NCBI RefSeq assembly: GCF_031769215.1
Contig: NW_026781993.1
Coordinates: 434,001 to 498,000, forward strand
DNA length: 64,000 nucleotides
Origin: Ylistrum balloti
Lineage: Eukaryota
Direction of reading: 5' to 3'
Under the pieces are notes generated by a model, which had not been told where the DNA came from, did no database searches, and saw only the letters and a program-made list of their open reading frames with translations. Positions within the stretch are counted from its first letter, which is position 1; each line of letters starts with the position of its first letter. Of the stretch, positions 13,201 to 25,200 are shown in pieces. A program made the position numbers and the translations under genes.

Positions 13201-16200
13201 AGTGTTATATCTAACCTTGTATGTGGTGTTGACTGTAGTGTTATATCTAACCTTGTATGTGATGTTGACTGTAGTGTTATATCTAACCTTGTATGTGATG
13301 TAGACTGTAGTGTTATATCTAACCTTGTATGTGATGTAGACTGTAGTGTTATATCTAACCTTGTATGTGATGTAGACTGTAGTGTTATATCTAACCTTGT
13401 ATGTGATGTAGACTGTAGTGTTATATCTAACCTTGTATGTGATGTAGACTGTAGTGTTATATTTAACCTTGTATGTGGTGTTGACTGTAGTGTGATAGTT
13501 AACCTGATGTATGATGTAGACTAGTGTTATAGTTAACTTGGTATATGGTGTAGACTATAGTGTTACATTTAACTTTAAGAATTAACCTTAAAACTGAGTC
13601 AAGGTCAAATCATTGAAAATCTCTTTAGCCTATCAAACCAGTAAGCTAGCTACAATATCAAAACTCTACTCTTTATCAACTTTCAGAAGAACTTGTTCAT
13701 TAAGTTGCTGGGGAAAAGGTGCCAGTTGTCAGGCACTTTTTACTGGATGAGCTAAAACAGTTCTAAAGACAAAACTGCTAATTTTAATCATACTGTTTAC
13801 TCACTTTTCCATGGCGGAATCACTTCCATGCCATTTTCATCACGTTTAGGGAAAGCTTCACCAAAGCCGACAATGAAATCCAGTATTTTTGTATCCTCCT
13901 CCTCTATGTTATATAACTGCCAATCCAGACGGATATCTGAAAGGACACCGATTTTGAACGAGATGTTTTTAGTATGATAAGTGTATTAACCTGTTAGATG
14001 TCTAAAATAAACAAACGACTCAGGACTTATTTCAAGATAAATGTCTGAACTCAAACTCAGGGAAATTGATAGCAACTGTTTCACTACATAATTTATCCAA
14101 GTATGAGAACAACTACTGAATTCTGTACTTAGGTAAATTAGATAATATTCATAGAATAAATTCTTTTTAAAAATATTGCATTGCAGTTCAATGTGAGCAC
14201 GAGATTGAGATGACTTGTAGCACAGTTCAAATTTGACATAATTTTGTAACACATTACATTACACTGTAATTGTATACCCAAAAATGATTTCAGACATTTT
14301 TACCAAATGACTTTATTTCAACAGCTAGATTTAAGTATAAAATTGTAGCCCATTATTTGTACTTTTTCTAAGAATAACTTTAGAATAAATGTTACCCAGT
14401 GGACTGGTGTTGTTGATCCTCATGGTGCGACTTGTAGGTGCCACTCCAGACACATGTGTCCCAAACCTTGAAAAGTTATCAAATTAGAAAGTTAATACAT
14501 TAAAAAGAAATGTCAGACTGTCTATGTAGTACTTCCTTTAAATATAATTAAACTATACAGTACCCTGGGTCTAATCTCATAAGCAGCATGGATAACTAGA
14601 TACATTCTAAACAGTTGTAGGAATTTTGTTGTTACTCCTGAAAATTTATATAGGTAGAAGCACTCACAATGACCAAACCTAATTATCCATTTCAAAATAT
14701 AACTTCAACTTGATATTTCCATATGAATTATAAAATTGTCAAATTATAGTGTTACTGTGTGGTACAGAACAATCAACCAGATTTGTAGAGGACTGTTTAA
14801 AACCATATTATCCCTCACCTCACAATAGGTTTTTGGTCAGGTTTGGCTGCGGTCATCTGGAAGCAGAGTGGACATCCAACAACATTCATCTTGACTGGTA
14901 TGGCCACGACATCCAGATCTCCAATCTAAATGACAAACCAGTGAAAAAGACAAGGGTACAAAGGTCATCCATACATGTTGATGTAACATGTGACACACAA
15001 TATAATGAATTTCATCAAAAAAGACTTGACATTAAAACACAACAACAATGGTATTTAATTCAGTTAAACCTGTCTTAGAGACCACCTGAATTAAGTATCT
15101 TCCTGTCATATGTGACTGTAATTTTTCTGTCTAATGTAATTTTCTATACAAATGATGCAACTGAGCTAAAATAAAAAGGATATGATAACCAATATTTCAT
15201 CTTCTACCATATCATTATAAACATGAATTTATCATAATCAATTAATTTTTTTGTTTATTTTTCAATGCACTTGCATTCAGAGACCATATTCATATGACCT
15301 TATTTACCAGTATTACCTCTCTTTAAAAGTTAGATATGACAAGTTTGACTGTACATTTAAGATATTACACATGTCAGAATAGGCCCCCAACTCTAAAGTA
15401 CAATTACACTATGTTAGTGTCCATACCTGACACATCAGGTTATCAGTGTAGAGGCCCCACATGTCAGAATAGGCCCCCAACTCTAAAGTACAATTACACT
15501 ATGTTAGTGTCCATACCTGACACATCAGGTTATCAGTGTAGAGGCCCCACATGTCAGAATAGGCCCCCAACTCTAAAGTACAATTACACTATGTTAGTGT
15601 CCATACCTGACACATCAGGTTATCAGTGTAGAGGCCCCACATGTCAGAATAGGCCCCCAACTCTAAAGTACAATTACACTATGTTAGTGTCCATACCTGA
15701 CACATCAGGTTATCAGTGTAGAGGCCCCACATGTCAGAATAGGCCCCCAACTCTAAAGTACAATTACACTATGTTAGTGTCCATACCTGACACATCAGGT
15801 TATCAGTGTAGAGGCCCCACATGTCAGAATAGGCCCCCAACTCTATAATCTGCTCCCCAAATGGCTGTAATACTCCAGACCCAGGTGTGGGCACGAAGGA
15901 AGCTCCAAGCCCAAGAGATAACATGGCTTTACACAAATCTGAAAAAATTTTTTATATTAAATCATCACCAACACTTTTTTCAATATGGAGGAATATCTTA
16001 TTTTCATGATTTAAACATTCAAACATCATGAACATTTTATGGATGATTACTTCTGAATTGAATGTAATTTATGTAATATTGAATATATTTTGTTCTTTTG
16101 AAGCTTAGAATCTTGCAATAAAAATAATATATGTATTTTTTTTCTTTTCAGTTTTTGTTTTGTTACAATTTTTATTTTGACAATTAGTGTCACCATCTTT

Positions 16201-19200
16201 TGACGATTAGTGTCACCATTAAGTCTACAGAAAATGATGCTTAAATCTTCCAAGCTAATGCTGTACTAACAGTGTTGTCTTGAGTATAGAAAATTTGTAT
16301 AATGACATTGTAAAGATTCCTACCTTGTTGTGCCTTTGTCTGTGTCTTGCTGAGAGGGTCTGCCAGGTTAGGTGTTCGACTCAACATCAGTCGCCTCTGC
16401 TGGCTATCAAGTGAGGACAAAATGAGTGTTAATATACCTTAATACCAGTTAAATTATCACTGAACACATTAACAATCTATACTCAAAATAAATCTGAATA
16501 GGTGCTAATACTTTTCATGTGCTTTTAATAGCTTAAAGAAACACTAATAGCTTATGCAATAAGCCCACAGGGTACCTGCTGGTCTAAAGTAAAGGGTAGA
16601 GATAACTAGTAGTGCAAGAAAATAATCAGCATTTGTTAGCAATTTTACTGAAACTGAAAATGTGGATAAGCTTATTATAATTATCAGACATAAGCTTAGT
16701 GTCAGATGTATACAAATATCTTATTTCCATTATACATGTTCTTTTAATTCAGTCTCTTGAGAAACACAAGTTGTATGCTGTTAAGCTACCAAAGCTAAAT
16801 GCAGGCAGATATGCCATCTTAACATATAAAACAACAATGTATTTCAAACCTCAGAGATGTACCTTTTTGAGATGTTTGGGTCCTTGTTACCCGGTGGTGT
16901 TGGTGGTTTGGCCATGAAGTGTTCCATGTTAAGGTTAAATGGAGCTGTTATTCCAGATTCATTCCGAATGTGTAAAAAGACTTTAGGTGTTGAACCGAGG
17001 TCCACCATCTCTCCATAGTCCAAACAAACATCTTCAAAGTACTCACTGAAAATAAAAGCATTCATTATCAGCATGACTCTATCATAAAAACACTTTCATC
17101 TATGTAACTGATAAAAAATTCAAAATAAATGTGTTATTGAAGCAATATAAATAATCTACATTTTTACATTTCTTTTGCTCAATTTTGGTTTGCCTCAGTC
17201 ACCTCTTTGGTTTCAAAATTTTCGCTCAAGACTATCCTTGTCGAGAACTTGAAGGACAAAACAGCTGTATGATGATTTAATCTTATTATCTGGCTATACT
17301 GTATCTGATCATAAATTTGTATTTAAAGGTACTATTCACTTGTGTCTTTTGATACCTTCCCTACTAATGTTACCTGGAAATATATATACCAACAAATGAA
17401 ATAGAAAAAGTCTTCAGAATTGGTGAACACATTAACATACTTGGAGAGTGGTCCCAAGGCTGATGTCTTGTAGGTAATGGAGAGGCCTTTAGCATCACAG
17501 AACAGACCTAAAAACAATAACTGTTCCATCCCTGCTACTTCACAAGGAATTCTGACATCGGAGATCTCTCCCTGTAATAATGTACAAAATTAAAATAGTA
17601 AATCTCAAGAAAGCTGTCTTCATGATACCAGGGACGTATAATATATACTATGGGATGGAGTGGAAATGACACACAAATGATAAAATCTATGACACACTTT
17701 GGATGGAGTTAACGTGATACTCCAAGATTGAAATCTACATACAACTCTCAGGAAAGAACAAAAAACAAATTAAAGTCAATAAATAAATAACATCAGCTAA
17801 TCTCCAGATGTAATCTACAAGAGGAAGGAAATAGGTGAATACCTCTCTGTTGGCCATGAAGCGGATCTCTATAGTTTTTTCCTCTCGTGGTCCCAGCTCA
17901 CCATATGGAGGGTCCAGCTCGATCACACAATCCCCAGCATGACCTCCCTGAATCTGAAAAGAAACAAGTTTAAAAAAAAATAAATAAAAATTATGATCTT
18001 ATAGAAACAGCAGTGATTTTCCAATGTTAATTCACTTTGATAATCAATTTATCAATAAAATTAATCAATTTATGATTTTATAGCAAAAACTGAATAGTAG
18101 ATGAGCATACTTACATGTCCCCAGGCAAATGATGTAGGTATCAGTGTCTGGTTAATGATTGTGGCCTGACAGAGGACTGGAACTCCTTTATACACATCCT
18201 CCATACATACTTCACAGGATGACAGACAGACACATGGTTCCTGTACCTCAGCTGTTGCTCCAATGTTACTGAGATATACAACAATGGAATCTTTGTCAAA
18301 GTCATAAATCATACTAAAATCACTGTGTTTTAAAACCTTAATTCAACAGGACTTTCTAAATGTTAACCATGTGTGTTCTTTGTAACCTTGTTTAAACTTA
18401 ATTTGTCATTCTTAATATCTAACTTTTCTCTTCTGATAGTCTGCTTACATAAATATGAATGCCCTCATTTGTAACAAGTATTAAGTCACTGTTGTTGAAA
18501 GGCATTAAAATAAAAACAAAGCTTTAATATAGTATCCCTTTGCCATACAATTATAGAAAGACACAAATTACATTTAAATATCAATAAGTTAATTCTACAT
18601 GATATGACAAATCATCCTTACCATTCACTACCTTCCACCACATTGACAGTAAACACACGCTTGATTGTCTTTACGGCTGTTGGTATGAACTCTATAGAAA
18701 TTGTCTTTTGTTCCAAGGGAGACAACTCCCCATTGGCTGGAGTGAAAATAAATTCACTGGGATCCTAAGAAAAAAGATTTTGAAATTCCATCTATATTTT
18801 TCATTTTTGACATTTTCCTTAAGATATATATATCAAAATATTTTTGGGGTTGACAGGAACTAAAAGATTTAATATTCATCCATCCTTGAATCAAATGTCA
18901 AATAACTGATTTTTTTAACAAGATAAAACATCTTAACCAATGAACACTTACATCACCATTTTCAAGGTCAATGAATTCAGGACTGTCATGAATGCTCCAT
19001 TTGGTTGTGATTTGTGCCAGGTTTGTCAGTGTGATCTGTTTAGTAGCCTGATTTCCCAGACAGACAAGACCAAAGTTGATATCTGGTTCCTCAATCATTA
19101 GCTCTGGACCCTGTAAATAGATACTTAAATGGTTAGTTGCAGACTCAGAATCTCAATAACACTGAAATTCTAAACATTGTTTCAAACAATTGCACTCACT

Positions 19201-22200
19201 CATAGTTAGCTATAGCCTGCTGTCTTGGAGACTTTTTCAGCCCGACTGACAGGGGACAGGTTTATGTTAGTGGTGTTCAGTCACATAACCATGAATTATC
19301 CCAAAGTTATATTACTGAACAATGCTAGCATAGGTGGCAGGCAGGGTGTGGCATATCTTCTGTCCTTGTTGAGAACTCTATTAGTTATAATACTTTGAAA
19401 TCTTTGGCTAACATAGTCATTCTGGTTTAAAGTCAGTAGGTGTTCTTATATAAAACAATGACACAGTTTTTGTTAATTATTCTACTGAGAATTAAGCATA
19501 TGTGGGTTATTACCAGGCATGAATTTTCTAACAGAAAGACATGGAACATATAACTAACTTCTCTGTTAGCTATAAAAGCTGTATATACAATCACTTTCAA
19601 TGTTAATCACCAATTCATTCTATGTCAAATAATAATTTTCCATAAGAAAGAGGTTATAATTTGTGTTTAAAGCTCGTATTGTTCATCATTCTCCCACAGA
19701 CATCCTTTTTTATGGTCAGCTGTGGCATATTTACCTTAAATTCAGCTTCTACATGGAGATGGAGAGGTTCGGCCATGTTCATCACATGACAGTAAAGGGT
19801 GTGCTTGATCTTGCCTGGTGTGCCTCCAGTTATACCCAACTCAAGGTCCATGGCCATTCCTGGATCTGTGGTGACAGAGACACTATCATGTACCAATGTT
19901 GTAACAGAAATATTTCAGTAGTTCAGGCTCTTTATAAAGTTACAGAGTAATTCTCAAACTACTAGGTATTCCTTTCATTGATACCACCAACCAACATGTA
20001 TATCCTACTTTGATTTACTCTTTAATATGCAACTATGACCTGCTAGGATACATCTAGAAAGGTATTCAAGGGTAGGTATATATATTCTCATATGAGAGAT
20101 ACCAAATTAATTTTCAACAGTCTTCACCTGGGAATGGGGTTCCTTCAAATACAGCAAGTCTATTGAACATAGGTTAGTTAGCTATACACAATGTATTGAT
20201 GAAAACAAAGCCAGCCAGATGAGAGCAAAGAAGGAAAAACATGCCCTGATATACAAGAATGTGAGAGATTGATGCCATAACCATTATTACTCTTACCAAG
20301 TTCACCAAACGGTGGCTCCATCTCCAATATATACCCTTCACTGTACGGCTGCCATTGGAAAGTGATAGTAGATCGACTGTGATTGGCCATCTAAACAAAA
20401 CCCAATAGTCATAAGTTTTGTTCTAGTATAATGTCAGATACAATCGTTTTTACATGGTCAATCAATCTGATTGTATACGACACAGAAATTATGTATCTTA
20501 TAATAAGCCTTGATGATACAGATGTTTGTTATTTATTTATCAAATACAGTTGGCAAGAAGAACTAAGATAAACCATAAAGATGGTATCCGTATCCTTTAT
20601 CTAGCTATGCTGCTTCAAATACTAACTGTGACTCTTTTCTTGATGGTGGTCTCCATAAGGCTACGACCAGGTACATACACAGCGTAGGGATGTAACACCA
20701 CATTCAGGGGCACGCTGTTACCTTTCACCTCTATCTCCATGGCAGTGAGGTCATGTAGTTTTCTCACTATTGATGTAAAACAAAATTTTACTTAAAACAA
20801 TTTATGAAACTTTGAACAACCATTTCCTTTTGCAAGTTACTATAAAGAGTATTTAAAAGGAGTTTCATTTTTGAAATCTATGTAGAGATAAAAAACATCT
20901 TGAAAAAGATACAATAAAAAATCAAACTACAAGAGAAAATTATGGTTCATTGCATAACACCTGCTAAAATTTATTTACTTGTAAAACTACAAAAATTTGA
21001 ACCAATAAAAAAACATCCTTGACAGCATTTTTTGGCCTGTACTTTTAACACCTACCACCACTTGATGGAGGGAAGATTTCAGTGGGTTCATCTTCCTCAT
21101 CTTCATCATTACTGAGGTTTGACTGCTCACGTAGGGCACGCCTGTTTCGTAGCTTTGCTGAGTCTCCATCCTCATACTGCGGGATTTGCTTCAGCAACAT
21201 GTGTAGTACACTGTGGAACTCATTCACCTAGAAAACAAAACACCTGTCTCTCAATCTAGGTAGACAAAACACCTGTCTCTCAATCTAGGTAAACAAAACA
21301 CCTGTCTCTCAATCTAGGTAAACAAAACACCTGTCTCTCAATCTAGGTAAACAAAACACCTGTCTCTCAATCTAGGTGAACAAAATACCTGTCTCTCATT
21401 CTAGGTAAACAAAACACTTGTCTCTCAATCTAGGTAAACAAAACACCTGTCTCTCAATCTAGGTAAACAAAACACCTGTCTCTCAATCTAGGTAAACAAA
21501 ACACCTGTCTCTCAATCTAGGTAAACAAAACACCTGTCTCTCAATCTAGGTAAACAAAACACTTGTCTCAATACAGGTAAACAGGACACCTGTCTCAATA
21601 TAGGTGAACAGTACACCTGTCTGTCCAAATAAGACAATAGGGCACCTGTCACTCAAGACAGGTAAACAGGACAAAGGTCTCTCAATAAAAGTAAACATGA
21701 CACCTGTCTCTTGATATAGGTAAACAAGACACCTGTCTCTTGATACAGGTAAACAAGACACTTATCACTCAGTCTCTGTAAACAAATATCTGTCATTCTG
21801 CTTAAAAAATAAACAAAACACATACCACCCAGTTTATGTAAACCTGTCACTTAGTCTAGGTAAATAAGACACATCATCAAAATTACCTCCAATACAAAAC
21901 TTCTGTTTACAAAGGACAACTGTATATAAAGACTTTTATTTACTTAGATGTGCCTTATACAGTAACTAAATAATAAAGCCATATTCTTAATTAAGATCAT
22001 TTAAGTACCCGGAGCCATGGTAACTATAAGTAGGATAACCATGCTTAAGCAAGAAATATTGCCAGCTTCATAAGTAAAATGCCAAAATCCATTACTTCTT
22101 CAAAAAAATTTTTTTTTTTTCAATTTTCATCTACCAGGTAGGTTTCTTTTTCTGTCAGAGTAAATGTATGTAACTTTCAAACATGGGATAAGCATTTTGG

Positions 22201-25200
22201 TTTTTATCCTTTCAAATATCCATTGACTTGTACTCTGGTATTGGACAGTGAGAGTACATACTTAAGACATTCATTTTGTACCACACATATTGCATGATAA
22301 CATTAATAGCAATCTTGACCTAAAATTATGACAATAATTACCAGAGGTGGTGCAAATGTGACACGGAACTCCAAGTCACCCGCAGGAGGTAGATTGCCTG
22401 TGGGAGGGTGTACACTGAACACAGAATCAACATCCTGGACACGTACAACCTTCCTCTGTCCTTCATTATCTTCTTCTTCTTTCATCTCTGGCTTGTAGAT
22501 CATCCATTGGAATGGCATCTGTACATTTCTGTAAAGATAAATTTGTTCTTTCTCTTACACCAATCTATCAACATAATAGGTATTCCATACCATATATTTT
22601 ACATTTATCCTGAGACTACTGAGGGGTGAGAGGAGGGGGGGCAACCTTTACCTCTGATTCAAAGTCTTATTCTTGGGTAAAGAAAAAATCTACGATGGAA
22701 CTTCTATAGTACAGTTAGGAAACCAGATGGGCTTCGTACATGGTAGTAATATAATATAACTTGAAAAAACAGGTCAATGTTTCATAATATTTTTAATATA
22801 TCTATATCTTTTATTTCCAATTGAAAGACTTTTTCAATAAAAGACACTAAAATATTTGATCAGATGAATATAAGCTGTTATCAGACACCATTAGGAGTTA
22901 CGTACGTGCAATTTTTCACTACCACTGTACGATCAGTGTATGTGAATGGGTTGAGGTCATCAAATCGAATCATGTGTTCAGCAGTGTTGTCTGTCATCTC
23001 TCCTGGTGCAATGCTACCTTCTCCTCGCTCTACCATAACTAGATCAACGGCAGCCTTCTGAGCAACACCTACACACCACAGATAACCATAGTTAATTTAA
23101 CAGACCTATGACCAACAACTAAATATTTAGTTGCTCACAATGCTTAGTGGAACTATTTTTACATCAAACTTTAGTGTCATCAAAGGGTTTGTGTAACTCC
23201 ATAGGAATGAGAAAGGATCAGGGATCTAATTCCTAGGGATATTTTTAGTTAAGTTTGATATAAACAAATGACATGGGGATGAATGAATATATTTTCCATA
23301 CCCTGCTGTCTTTTTACTTTTGCCATGTTACCATTATCTCAATGTCAGGCAATGTTAAAGTAAGGTAATTAAATTTTTCCATATCATACAATTGGTATGG
23401 TGAGGAAACTCTCGACTCTTACCAAGAATGATACATAAATCTTGTGCCTTATTTCTCTTTCATCCAGAAGTAAGGATGAGGGAAATATTAATTGTTGTTA
23501 TTTTGATATATCTCTACTTTGTTTACTAGAAGTAACTGGTTAAATTGATGATATCCTTACTATTGGCTCAATTTCACTTAGCTCGGTTTTAGTGTGAGAA
23601 CTAAAACCTGTAGAATTAAAATACCCTCGAACGTGTTCCCATCAAGCCAATGAGGCGAGATGATGGTGGAGCTTGCTACTGAATACCTTACCATGTGCAC
23701 ACAACACTTCTCCTATAGAAACTATGACAGTCACAAGGTTTGTGGACTCAGGCAGGTGGCCTGAGAAATCGTCTTAAGAAAAGGCGTATTACAAATTACT
23801 CTTCTAACAAAAAAAGATATTGGTTTGTATTAGTATCGTAAAACAGTTATACTATATTGAGCTTGAGGGATATATGTGTAGCAAGTTCCTGATTTCTCTA
23901 GAGGAGGTCTATTTCGTGAGCCTAAAACTTGTCATATCCCTCCAGCCCATATTTTATGATATTTTGTTGCTCAATGCTGTTATGTCAGGCAGGTCTTTTA
24001 GATAGATACCTTTAATGGTGAAGTGCTTGACATGACAATTGTCACAGACAAGGGTGACCTCCTGGCTGTAACTCTTCACAGATGGAGGGGTGAAAATAAT
24101 TTCAATCACACCACTCTCTCCTTTCATCAATTCCAGTACAGATGGACGAATCTCAAAGGGTTGAATGCTTACGCTGCCATTCCTCACAACAGACTGTTGG
24201 AAAATAAAACATTAAATACAAGTTTGGGTTTGGGGTTTAATGGCCAAGATAATTTGGGGGTCTGCTAATTATGTTGCATAAAAGATTTTTCTTTTCAAAA
24301 TATTCCTTTAAAAGTAAAGGATAGACTATGAAGCCAGCTTTCAATCTTACAATATTAATTTTGAAGACTTAGACACTATGCATATTGGACTAGAATATCA
24401 GTAATGTTGTGTTACCTTGAAGTTGGTAGCTGGCCATGAGGATCTGGGCATTATACAGAATCTGCCATTGCCTCCAATGTTCCTCACAATGAACTGTACA
24501 ACGTGATAGCTTCCAACTAGACAGTACCCTACATCCAAGACTTGCGGCACTGTTAATATAAGATAAACACAATTAGACTCCCAAAGCTAAATACTGGGGT
24601 TCAACATAGTGTGATATCTGTCACACTTAATGTGTAAGAAGTGTGATTGTTATATATGTTTCTGCAACCATAATATTATTATAAAAGTCTAAATCTTTTG
24701 CTCCTAATCAAGTATGTGTAATTAATATTTTCAATATCACAAAAAAAAATATTAAAAAAAGAAAATGATTCATTTAATAATAGTTTTAACTTAAGATACA
24801 GACATTCTTGACCAAATATGAACGAAGAAACATTTATTTCGCTGTTAACATTTAACCAATACTTACAAGTTAAATTTGGGGGCTGTCTGCGACCCTGTAA
24901 AGGCACAATAACAGAGGTAGAAGACTGAGTCTGGACCTTGATCTCATCATCAAAGTCTCTCAGTGAGTCTGGGGCAAATCTGATAGCATAGTGACAACTC
25001 ATTCCTGGAGCCACTAGACCATGTTCACCTGGGAACTGACCTGTCAACAGGAAAATGTCAACATGAGGAAAACTTTCTTTCTTCTCTACAGGTAAAGGCA
25101 GGAGTGAGAACACTGATAATTATCATTTATTGTACTTTATGCTGCAATAAACCAAAATGTTTAATTGTCACTTATCTTTGGCTTTAAGTGGAGTAATGGG

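Noticed and set aside
12609-13524. Repetitive ORFs (LDITLQSTSHTR)n and Cys-rich (CDVDCSVISNLV)n
   Set aside because: Direct translations of the 36-bp minisatellite within a DLEC1 intron; no splice or promoter context.
14749-15078. 109-aa plus-strand ORF
   Set aside because: Antisense shadow of DLEC1 coding exon 25.
15336-15848. 170-aa plus-strand ORF with five 30-aa repeats
   Set aside because: Antisense reading of the 90-bp exon-intron duplication; the meaningful strand is minus.
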